Below are positions 37,221 to 48,364 of a DNA stretch of 64,000 nucleotides, one piece after another (positions within the stretch are counted from its first letter, which is position 1; every line of letters starts with the position of its first letter). The notes under the pieces were generated by a model. It worked only from the letters and a program-made list of their open reading frames with translations. It was not told the origin of the DNA and made no database searches. The position numbers were made by a program, and so were the translations under genes. Origin of the DNA: Eledone cirrhosa (lineage: Eukaryota); contig OZ024740.1 in assembly GCA_964016885.1 (NCBI GenBank), positions 434,310,001 through 434,374,000 on the forward strand, read 5' to 3'.

Positions 37221-38030
37221 AGGTTATTTGCGTCACAGAATTCCAGGATTCTGGAGCCTTCCTCATTTCTAGTACCAAACCCATAGCCTCTGTGGATTCC
37301 GTCATAGCCGTCACAATGTTGTCCAACGTGACCATTTAGGTCGCCAGCAATAATTATATAGTCACTGTCGGTTATTTGGGAGGTAATGAGCATCAGTGTC
37401 TCATAGAATCTGTCTTTTATAGCGCAAGGCAGTCCGGATTGGGGTGCGTACACAGATATTACTGTCACAGTAGTTCTATTTAGAACAAGTCTTATTTTAA
37501 TTATTCTGTCATTCACTCTATTTACGTCTATTATCTTATCCACCCATTTTTCTGCTACTCCACCCAGTCCATTGTCATTTCCCACCCAGAAAAGCTTATA
37601 GCATCGTTTTTTACCCACAATGAATCTAGCAGAGCCGCCCCTCCACCTGGTCTCTTGGATACAGCAAACATCAACCTCCTTACGTTCAAGCATTTCTACA
37701 ACCTCGTTAGAGCGGCCTTTTAAGGTGCCTACATTCATGGTACCAACTGAAGTTTTGGATTGCGTTTGGTGGGTGGGGCGTAGGGAGGGGGGATGGGGTT
37801 GGGGTTATGTTGGCCATCCGCGGCCGAAACAAAGAGGAGGAGTCCTTGCCCTTTCGTCCGGCAGCATGAGGTGAATTTGTCGTTATCTTTGATGTATATA
37901 TGTATGTATAGATGTGTAAAAGGGAAAAATATAAATATAATAAAATAAAAAAATAAAAAAGAAAGAAAGAAAATAAAGGAAAGACAGAAATAAAGGTGGG
38001 AAGTTTAATCAATTTAGGATTAGTATATAT
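37221..38030 (-). mobile_element. RTE LINE family 2, 5' UTR plus APE endonuclease
   Basis: MNVGTLKGR...CIQETRW...SVYAPQ...AGDLNGHVG...ILEFCDANNL, which continues as VICNTNFKK at 33380. Confidence 0.9.
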
Positions 38031-38034
38031 ATAT

Positions 38035-39325
38035 AGTTTAGTGTAAAAGTTGGTGTTCATCAGGGCTCTGTTCTTAGCCCCCTACTATTTATTATTGCCC
38101 TCCAGGCTATAACAGTGGAGTTCAAGACCGGCTGCCCATGGGAACTCCTATACGCAGATGATCTAACGCTCATAGCTGAATCAATGGCCGAGCTAGAGAA
38201 GAAATTCCAAACATGGAAGCACGGCCTAGAATCAAAAGGCCTTAAAATTAACCTGGCTAAGACTAAAGTTCTAGTTTGTAAGAAAGAAAATAAGGCGGCG
38301 GTCCCCTCCGGGAAGTGGCCATGCGCAGAGTGTAGGAAAGGCGTAGGTAGAAATTCCATTTTGTGTCCCAAATGCAAAGTTTGGGTGCATTAAAGATGTA
38401 GTGGGATCACAGGTAAGCTAACTAAGAACATAGATTTTACATGTGGCCGGTGTTCTGGGGCAATAAGTAGCAGCAAGTGCCCACAAAATACTAGCTCTTT
38501 CAACTGCGCAGAGGGTTCTATAGAAATAGTGGACAGCTTCCGTTACCTGGGTGACAAAATCAGCTGTGGGGGAGGGTGCTCTGAAAGTACTGTAGCTAGA
38601 GTCAGAACTGGATGGAAAAAGTTCAGAGAGCTTATACCACTATTAGCTGCTAAAGGGTTCTCCCTAAAAATGAAAGGCAGGCTGTACGATGTACGATGCC
38701 TGCATACGAACAGCAATGTTACATGGCAGTGAGACCTGGGCATTGTGTGCAGAGGATATACGCAGACTAGAGAGGAACGAAGCTTGCATGCTCCGCTGGA
38801 TGTGTAATAGTAATATACGTGAACGACAAAGCATAAACGAACTAAGGAAAAAATTAGAAATGAGAGGGATCAGATTTTGTTTACTAGAGAGAAGGCTACG
38901 TTGGTATGGTCACGTGATGCGCATGAAGGACGATAGCTGTATAACAAAGTGCAGGGCAATAAAGATAGACGGTAGCCACGGAATAGGCAGACCCAGAAAA
39001 ACCTGGGACGAGCTGATAAACTCTGACCTCACACACTTACACCTCACCAAGACAATGTCACTGGACCGAGACCTTTGGCGGTACTCAGTAATAGAGAAGA
39101 CCCGCCTTACCTAAATACAAAGTAAAACCTACTACAGTCAGTAGGCATCTCTAACAAAATACACCCCCGTCCCACCACCCCCACCCCATCCACACCGCCC
39201 CCTTCTATGTAAAGTTATGTTGGTGCCACACCATCCAGGCCGAAACAAATGAGATCGTGTAGGTGTCACGACAAAAAAACACACAGTCCACGCTGTAATG
39301 TGGCCGTGTAGGCAACACGGTAAAA
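38035..39325 (+). mobile_element. RTE LINE family 2, 5'-truncated copy
   Basis: Starts at VKVGVHQGSVLSP; LYADDL, FRYLGD, LRWYGHV, GRPRKTW; followed by the 3' UTR start. Confidence 0.9.
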
Positions 39326-39329
39326 ATTT

Positions 39330-41575
39330 AGGAAAGCCCTTCAAGATGTATATGACGAAAAAGAAGACGATTTAGAGACGTATGACATAGATAATAACTG
39401 GAAGTTCTTACGTGACAACTTGCTGAAGGCTACTGATGAAACCTGTGGCTGGAGCAGAGCTCCAACCAGACAGAGAGTGACCTGGTGGTGGAACAGCAGT
39501 GTAGATAAGGCTATTAGAGACAAAAGACTAGCATGGAAGGCTTGGAATAAGGGTGGGAGTAGGGAAGAATATACAGCCACTAAGAGAGAAGCTAGACGTC
39601 AGGTGTACTTAGCACGCAGGGAGGCAGAGAGTAGGAGGTTTGCCAATGTTCTGCGACGGGAAGATCAGAGGCGTGCGGTGTTCCACATTGCAAGGCAGTG
39701 TGTCAATGCAAATCAGGATGTTGTTGGTGATAAATGTGTCCGGGATGATGCTGGTGTACTTAGTGTCACGAATGACCAGAAAAAGGAGGCCTGGAAATGT
39801 CATTATGAGAGACTGATGAATGTGGAGAATGAATGGGAGAGAGAGAAATTACCCTTGGTAGATCCGACAGAGGGACCAGCTATTGAGATTGACGAATATA
39901 GGGTCCAAGAGGCGATTAGGGAAATGAAAAATGGTAAGGCGGCCGGACCATCGGGAATAGTTGCTGAGATGCTGAAGGCATCAGGGGACGTAGGCACTAA
40001 ACTGGTTGCACGCATAATCAATCAGGCTATATATGGTGGTGTCATACCCAAAGACTGGTGCAGCAGTATTCTCATAAATTGCTACAAAGGTAAAGGGGAT
40101 GCTTTGGAGAGGAGCAATTATAGGGGTATAAAACTGATAGATCAGGTTATGAAAGTGGCAGAAAGGATTTTAGCACAACTAATTAGAGAAAGGGTCAAAC
40201 TAGATGAGATGCAGTTTGGTTTTGTGCCTGGGAAGAGTTCAACAGATGCCCTCTTCTTGGTGAGACAAATGCAAGAGAGGTTCTTAGAGAAGAATAAGCC
40301 ACTATACTTAGCCTTTGTTGACCTAGAGAAGGCCTTTGATAGGGTACCCCGATCTGTCATCTGGTGGTCCCTAAGGAAGCTAGGTGTTGAGGAATGGCTT
40401 GTGAGGACAGTGCAAACTTTGTACAGAGGTACTCTCAGTAAAGTCAGGGTAGGAATGGAGTTTAGTGAGGAATTCCAGATACAAGTAGGAGTACATCAGG
40501 GTTCGGTCCTCAGCCCGCTCTTGTTCATTATAGTCTTCCAAGCCATAACAGAGGAGTTTAAGACTGGCTGTCCATGGGAACTTCTCTATGCTGACGATCT
40601 GGCTCTTATAGCAGAATCAGTAGAGGAGCTAGAGAATAAATTCCGGCTATGGAAACAGCAGTTGGAAGCAAGAGGTAAATCTAGCTAAGACAAAAGTGTT
40701 GATGAGTAGAAAAGAGGATAAAACCCTGATTCCGTCAGGGAAATGGCCATGTTCGATATGCAGAAAAGGAACTGGCATAAATTCTATAAAATGCACACAA
40801 TGCAGGTCCTGGGTACACAAGAGATGTAGCGGGATAGCAGGCAAACTAACAGGTAGGGAGAAATATGTATGCAGTAGATGTACAGGGAAATTAGACAGTA
40901 GAAGTCGCACTGATAGACACATTTTTCAAATGCGAGAGGGCGCTATAGAAGTGGTGGATAGCTTCCGGTACCTAGGAGATCAGATTAGCATGGGAGGAGG
41001 GTGTTCCGAGGCCATAGTATCTAGAATAAGGACGGAAGGAAGAAGTTTAGGGAGCTGCTTCCTCTGTTGACGAAGAAGGGTTTCTCCCTGCGTACGAAAG
41101 GCCGGTTGTATGATGCCTGTGTGAGGAGCGCGATGCTGCATGGTAGTGAGACATGGGCAGCAACCGCAGAGGATATGCGACGGCTGGAGAGAAATGAGGC
41201 AAGCATGCTCCGTTGGATGTGCAGTGTAAATGTGCGTGAACGACCCAGCATAAATGTGTTGAGAGAGAAACTGTGTCTGAGAGGGATAGAATGTAGTGTA
41301 CGGGAGAGGAGACTGAGGTGGTATGGACATGTGATGCGCATGGAGGATGACCGATGGGTGAAGAAGTGCCAGGAAATGCCAGTTGAAGGAAAACGTGGTA
41401 GAGGTAGACCACAAAAAACATGGGCGGAGGTGGTGAGAACAGACCTCAGATCATTGAAGCTCACGGTGGAGATGACGAGGGACCGTGACGAGTGGAGAGA
41501 TGCTGTGCTGAATAAGACCCGTCCCACCCTTGCAAGCAGGGAAAAGCGGACGTAAAATGATGATGATGATGATGA
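39330..41575 (+). mobile_element. RTE LINE family 1, 5'-truncated
   Basis: 422-aa RT ORF (NYRGIKL, AFVDLEKAFDRV, LYADDL) plus frameshifted C-terminus; (ATG)n tail. Confidence 0.93.
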
Positions 41576-41643
<68 letters not shown>

Positions 41644-42525
41644 GTATATATATATATTATATATTATATTATATATATATATATTATATATTATATATAT
41701 TATATATTATATATATATATATATATTATATATTATATATATATATTATATATATATTATATATATATATATTATATATATATTATATATATATATATAT
41801 ATTATATATATATATTATATATTATATATATATATATATATTATATATATATATATTATATATATATTATATATATATATATATATATATTATATATTAT
41901 ATATATAATATATATATATTATATATATTATATATATATTATATATATATATTATATATATATATTATATATATATATATATTATATATATATATTATAT
42001 ATATTATATATATATTATATATATATTATATATATATATATATTATATATATATATTATATATATATATTATATATATTATATATATATTATATATATAT
42101 ATATATTATATATATATATTATATATATATATTATATATATATATTATATATATATATTATATATATATATATTATATATATATATATTATATATATATA
42201 TATTATATATATATATATTATATATATATATTATATATATATATTATATATATATATATTATATATATATATTATATATATATAATATATATATATATTA
42301 TATTATATATATATTATATATATATTTATTTTATATATATATATAATATATATATAATATATATAATATATATATATAATATATATATAATATATATATT
42401 ATATATATATATTATATATTATATATATATAATATATATATATATTATATTATATATATATTATATATATATATTTATTTTATATATATATTTTATATAT
42501 ATATATATTTTATATATATATATAT
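41576..42525. repeat. Long degenerate (TA)n microsatellite
   Basis: ~950 bp, nearly pure A/T. Confidence 0.97.
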
Positions 42526-43145
42526 AAGGAAAACCGTGATATTGTCGGGGAGAAGTGTGTACTTAACGATGATGGCATACTTGCCATCACCGACGCTGAT
42601 AAGAAGGTAGCTTGGAAGTGTCACTATGAAAGGCTACTAAATGAGGAGAATAAATGGGAGAAAGACAGTCTCCCCCATATCGACCCAATAGAGGGACCAG
42701 CAGTGTTAGTCGAGGGGAGTATAATAAGTAAGGCAATCAAGGATATGAAGACGGGTAAGGCGGCTGGGCCTTCGGAAATAGTTGCTGAGATGCTGAAGGC
42801 ATCTGGCACGGTGGGACACACCCCCACCCCATCCACACCGCCCCCTTCTATGTAAAGTTATGTTGGTGCCACACCATCCAGGCCGAAACAAATGAGATCG
42901 TGTAGGTGTCACGACAAAAAAACACACAGTCCACGCTGTAATGTGGCCGTGTAGGCAACACGGTAAAAACCTCCCAGACCCACACTGTAAATGTGGTTGG
43001 TGTTAGGAAGGGCATCCAACTGTAGAAAACCTGCCAGACAGTCCTATGCGAGCAAGACAATCACTCTTGCCTCAAGTGGGACTACCCCCGTCCAAACCCA
43101 TGCAAGCGTGGAAAACGGACGTTAAACGTTGATGATGATGATGAT
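42526..43145 (+). mobile_element. RTE family 2 deletion derivative
   Basis: The coding segment matches 32810-33100 (reverse) and jumps at cacc (~42820) to a 3' UTR identical to ~39180-39325. Confidence 0.88.
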
Positions 43146-43468
43146 ATTATTTATATATTATATATATATATATATTATATATATATATATTATTTATATA
43201 TATATATTATATATATATATATATATTATATTATATATTATATATATATATATTATATATATATATTATATATATTATATATATATATATATATATTATT
43301 TATATATATATATATATTATATATATATATTATTTATATATATATATATATTATATATATATATTATATATATGTATTATATATATATATATATTATATA
43401 TATATATATATTATATATATATATATATTATATATATATATATTATATATATATATTATATATTATAT

Positions 43469-43503
<35 letters not shown>

Positions 43504-43526
43504 ATATATATTTATATATTATATAT

Positions 43527-43572
<46 letters not shown>

Positions 43573-43820
43573 ATATATATTTATATATTATATATTATAT
43601 ATATATATATTATATATTATATTATATATATATATATTATATATATATTATATATATTTATATATATATATTATATATATTTATATATATTATATATTAT
43701 ATATATATATTATATATTATATATATATATTATATATATTTATATATATATATATATTATATATATATATTATATATATTTATATATATATATATATTAT
43801 ATATATATATTATATATATT

Positions 43821-43851
<31 letters not shown>

Positions 43852-43957
43852 ATATATATATTATATATTATATATATATATTATATATATATATTATATA
43901 TATTTATATATATATATATATTATATATATATATTATATATATATATATATATATTA
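43146..43957. repeat. Long degenerate (TA)n microsatellite
   Basis: ~810 bp, nearly pure A/T. Confidence 0.97.
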
Positions 43958-44813
43958 TCTATATATATAAAGCTGTGGTTGTCTGTCTGTCTATCGATTT
44001 TTGGCACACATCTCCTCTTAGAATCTCTGACGGAATTGCACCGAAATTGCTATACTTGTACATTGAGCCCTAGCGAAGACATTGGAAAAAAAATATTTCA
44101 AATTGACCCACCCTATGTGACGAAATCGAATATAATGTATCGATTTTTAAGCGTAAGTGACGAGTTATATCCCTTTGTTCTATATATATAAAGCTGTGGT
44201 TGTCTGTCTGTCTATCGATTTTTGGCACACATCTCCTCTTAGAATCTCTGACGGAATTGCACCGAAATTGCTATACTTGTACATTGAGCCCTAGCGAAGC
44301 CATCGGAAAAAAATATTTCAAATTGACCCACCCTATGTGACGAAATCGAATCTAATGTATCGATTTTTGAACGTAAGTGACGAGTTATTTCCCTTTGTTC
44401 TGTTTACAATTTCTGCGTGCAAAAATTAAAAAAATTACGCTGGCTTTCTCAGCGTTTAAAATGACATTAACACAATACACGAACAGTTGTTGAGCCAGCA
44501 AAATTTTGACCTGCAAAATTCATCAGTTCGAACACTAAGCTTCCGTTTTGCTTCATTTCCATTTAAAAGCCTTTTAAAACAATATTTTTACTTGAAAACA
44601 AGTCTATTTAAAGACTACGTAAAACAAGCAAATATTTCGTAAAAAAAAAGCAAAAATTATATAAGTTTATTTAAAATATATGTATCTGTAAATTTCGTTA
44701 GGCATGCAGACAGACAGTCGTGCAGACAGACTTTAAGCCAAAAAAGAAACTTAACAGTGTAACTTTAACACAGCTACTGAGTGACCCCGAGCAACGCCGG
44801 GCTTTACTGCTAG
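43958..44813 (+). mobile_element. Non-autonomous Helitron with a duplicated ~220-bp 5' end
   Basis: A|TC start tctatatatataaag; 3' cccgagcaacgccggg...CTAG|T; 43958-44177 is repeated at ~44178-44400. Confidence 0.85.
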
Positions 44814-44830
44814 TATATATATATATATAT

Positions 44831-44862
<32 letters not shown>

Positions 44863-44921
44863 ATTATATATATATATATATATAATATATAAGAACACAA
44901 GATGGTTAAAAGAGTTCCATG

Positions 44922-44992
44922 TATTTTATTATGCGCATTTCAAAAACAAATATCATCATGCAATAATATTTGTGTTTTCCTCAGATAAAACA
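44922..44992 (-). ncRNA. Minimal type-I hammerhead ribozyme in the PLE2 terminus
   Basis: TGTTTTAT-CTGAGGA-aaacacaaatattattgcatgatgatatttgttttt-GAAA-TGCGCA-TA-ATAAAATA: long stem II and a palindromic loop III. Confidence 0.85.
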
Positions 44993-45357
44993 GGAAGACA
45001 TGATTTGAAGGTTAAAAAACACTTGTGGATAGTGCAGTTTTAAATCAACATATGAGAAGTAGTTTTAGATTGATGTGTGATATTGGGAAAAATATTTTAT
45101 TTTGAGGGGGTGGGGGTGGAAAGGATGAAAAAGAGGAGGAGATGAGAGTTAAAAGTGGAGAGGGAGGAGTATAATGAGGAAGGATGAGATAGGAGGAGAG
45201 ATGGGTGATAGAGAGAGAGAGATAGCTTTTATAACTGAGAAAAGATATATTGTTTTACATAGAGAGGTTGAAAACCGTTGGAAGATAATGTATAAATTAA
45301 AAGAATTTGAAAATTAACGAAGAGAAAAATAATGTAAAGTTAAGGTTTGTATATTGA

Positions 45358-45525
45358 GGGGTTTAATAATATGTGCGATGAAAAGAAAACGTTAATATGT
45401 ATTAAGAATAATATTTAAGGGTTTAATAACATGTGCGATGGAAAGAAAAAGTTAATATGTATTAAGAATGATATTTAAGGGTTTAATAATATGTGCGATG
45501 GAAAGAAAATGTTGATATGTATTAT
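45358..45525. repeat. 60-bp tandem repeat x~3 in the PLE2 3' UTR
   Basis: gggtttaataatatgtgcgatg.aaagaaaa.gttaatatgtattaagaat... Confidence 0.85.
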
Positions 45526-47206
45526 TAAAAAGAACAACAGGTAATTTAAGTAAGGATATATTGTGAGATGAGCATGAATGAGTTAGATGAAAGGGAGAAA
45601 AGAATAATGAATTGAGGATGAATAATCTAACGTCAAAAAATGTTTGTTTATGAAGGATTTTTACAAGGTGATATAGAGTAAGAATGTATTGTATTATGTA
45701 ATAATTGATTCTATATTAGGCAACAGTGAAAAAAGGTACAGATTAGGGGTTAGACATTAAAAGAAAAAGAGAAGAAAGGGAAGTGATAAATAGGAGCGAT
45801 ATAGAATGAGTATTATAGAATGAGTAACAAGTTTTATATAATGTATAATAAAACCTTTGAAATAAGGTAGAAAGATGGGTATATTTTTAAAGGAGTGTAT
45901 ATATATATATGTGCCTTTGAGAAAAAGATTCTAAATTGATAAAGATTTGGATATTAGCTGTATACTTTGTGGAATTTATGCAAGCAGATAGAAAACAAGT
46001 CAGTGCGTCTATTTATTATAGAATCTAAATTAGATATAATGGTAAATTTTTCATTTAGACAGAGATTCCAAATCTTGGATAGAGAACTGTTCAAGTATGG
46101 AGACGCAGAAGAAACCTTCTTCCAAAAGATGCTATATTTAATATTTTTGTCTTTCAAGGACCATATGAGTTCTGAGAGAGCCGTGTTGGTTCTTTTAAGT
46201 TTGTATTTAAAAGACGAATGATGGTTATAAAGACGAGCTTTAAAAGAGGTGGAAGTGGAGCCAAAATAGGTGAAGGAATTGGTGTCAGTTATAACTTTAC
46301 ATTCGTAAATTAAGTTTTTATCAAGACAATGGTTGTTGAGAGGACATTTATTTTTGACAGGGCAATTGCAATTAGAGAGATTATTAACGAGTGACCTAGT
46401 GTTATCTATAGAAGGAATTGGATTGGAGAAGTTATTTGCGATAGGAATAATAGTTTCTTGATTTAGAATGGGATTAAGAACATTTAGCGAGGTTGTGTTT
46501 GACGTTGTATTTGGGTTTGCAGAAATTAGCCTAGGGTTTACAATGACGTCGGGAGTACTATTACTATTATTATGATATTCAGTGTTGGAAGGAAGAGATT
46601 TAGTATTTTATTGTTGTGTTTAGAGATAATGTTGGAAATGTTGGAGGAGGTCGAATAGGAAAATTTTATGGTGTGTTTGTTAAATATTTTACTATAGATA
46701 TGTGAGGGAGGGAAGCATTTATTTAAGGCACTAAAGAATAATTTAGGAATATTATTATTAATAGAGATGGAGAAAGGAGCATTATACCAGATTATGTTTT
46801 TGTATCTAGGTCTTTTATTAAAGTTATTGGAATGGTCATGATTAATTATTCTACTGTAAGTTCTTCTAGAATTTGTTTCTTTACTATATTTGATTTTATC
46901 AGGATAGCCGGCTTTAGAAAGCGCGTTATTATAGTAATTGGCGTTAGCATCAAAGATGTTTTTATTAGAAGATAGGTTAGATATTCTTTTTTCAATATTA
47001 CTAACTATAGCATTCTTGATATTAGTAGGATGGTTAGATTTAAAGTTAACATAATTTAGGTTCTCATTGTTTTTATGGTAAGGGTAATATAGGCCAGTGT
47101 CAAGATTAAGAGATACATCCAAGAAATTAGCTAGTTTGATGCTGTTATCAAATTCAATTTTTAGGTTATGTTGATTAAAGAGATTACGTATATTGTTCTT
47201 AATAAT

Positions 47207-47392
47207 TGTTTCTACTTTAGGCACAAGGCCAGCAATCACCCAGTGCATTACTGGTACTTTATTTTATCGACCCAGTAAGGATGAAAGGCAAAGTCAACCT
47301 CGGCGGGATTTGAACTCAGATCGTAAAGGGACGTAACTATGCTGGAAAGCATGGCGTCCGACCCTCTACCGAGACTGCCAATCCACCGCCCT
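47207..47392 (-). mobile_element. Full-length SINE family A in the PLE2 RT
   Basis: 17-bp TSD atattgttcttaataat at 47190-47206 and 47465-47481. Confidence 0.92.
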
Positions 47393-48364
47393 TCCTAAAT
47401 TATTCTTTAGTGCCTTAAATAAATGCTTCCCTCCTTCACATATCTATAGTAAATCCACCGCCCTATATTGTTCTTAATAATATTAAGGTTAACTATGTTG
47501 CAATTTAAGATAGTAAAGAGTCCATCGTCACGATAAATTCCACCGCGAAGTTGAGGAATTTTCCGACTCAAAGAGTTCGAAATAAAGATACCAATTAAAT
47601 CTGTCAATTGGGATGAATCGGATGCTCCCATTGTGATGTCGAAGTTGTTAGAGGTATTCGTTGTTGAACTCTAGGATGGTTTTACGTGCGGTGAGAATGA
47701 TGTGAAGTTCATATGTGGTGATGTCAGAATATTTAAGTGCGAAAGCTAGAGCATTATTGAGAAGTGAAGGCGAAATAGAAGAATAGTAGCTGGCAATATC
47801 AAATTGAACAAATTTTAATTTGTTTTTATTATTCAATTTGTTGAACCAGCTAATCACTTCAGAAGTACCAAACCATAAATTTAGGTTCAAAGAAGAGCAA
47901 TTAGAACGAACCTGTGGGATAATTCTATCCAAGATGGCTTTACTAACAACCCCCAGATCTGATTTAGAGGGGGCGTTTAATCTAACAGGTAGTTCAGTGC
48001 GAAAATTGTTTTTGTGATCCTTGAGATTTATCCTCGGAGTTCTTGGGAGGAATGGTTCGGTCTTTTTTTCAATGCCAAGTTTTGACATAATCTCAGAGGC
48101 TTCAAAGTTTATGTATTCTAAATTATCATGGTTGGTTTTACGATATTTTATCTTAGTTCCTTTAGGATAAGGTTGTTATAATTATCCTTGGAAATACCAT
48201 ATAAGTTATTGGTTTTGTCAGAGTGGACTAAAACATCTTTTGAGGAATTTAGGTTTGAAATTGTGTTCTTGAGATTTACAAGGTGCTCTTGTCCTTTATA
48301 AGGTTATCTCTTGAATTTAAGATTTTTTATAATTTTAGTTAACTCTTCCTCGAATTGAAATAGG

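Larger units (their letters stand above)
44890..48360 (-). mobile_element. Penelope-like element 2 (RT plus GIY-YIG, Naiad-like), decayed
   Basis: LKDHKNNF...P.R...SKSDLG, FVQFDIASYYSSI, MGASDS, GGIYRDDGL, FLDVSLNL, SNHP, CNC-x5-CPLNNHC, LIYECKV..YFGST; HHR near the 3' end; ends at (TA)n. Confidence 0.92.

Noticed and set aside
41530-44073. Ile/Tyr-rich ORFs
   Set aside because: (TA)n microsatellite translations.
45954-46380. Selenocysteine recoding as reported for some Naiad PLEs
   Set aside because: Zn-knuckle cysteines are TGT/TGC in both PLEs. The only oddity is TGG at the first position of CxxC (WNLC). I saw no in-frame TGA at Cys sites and recognised no SECIS.
47290-47392. tRNA gene
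   Set aside because: The A/B boxes belong to a SINE head; there is no cloverleaf, and the element has a SINE body, tail and TSD.
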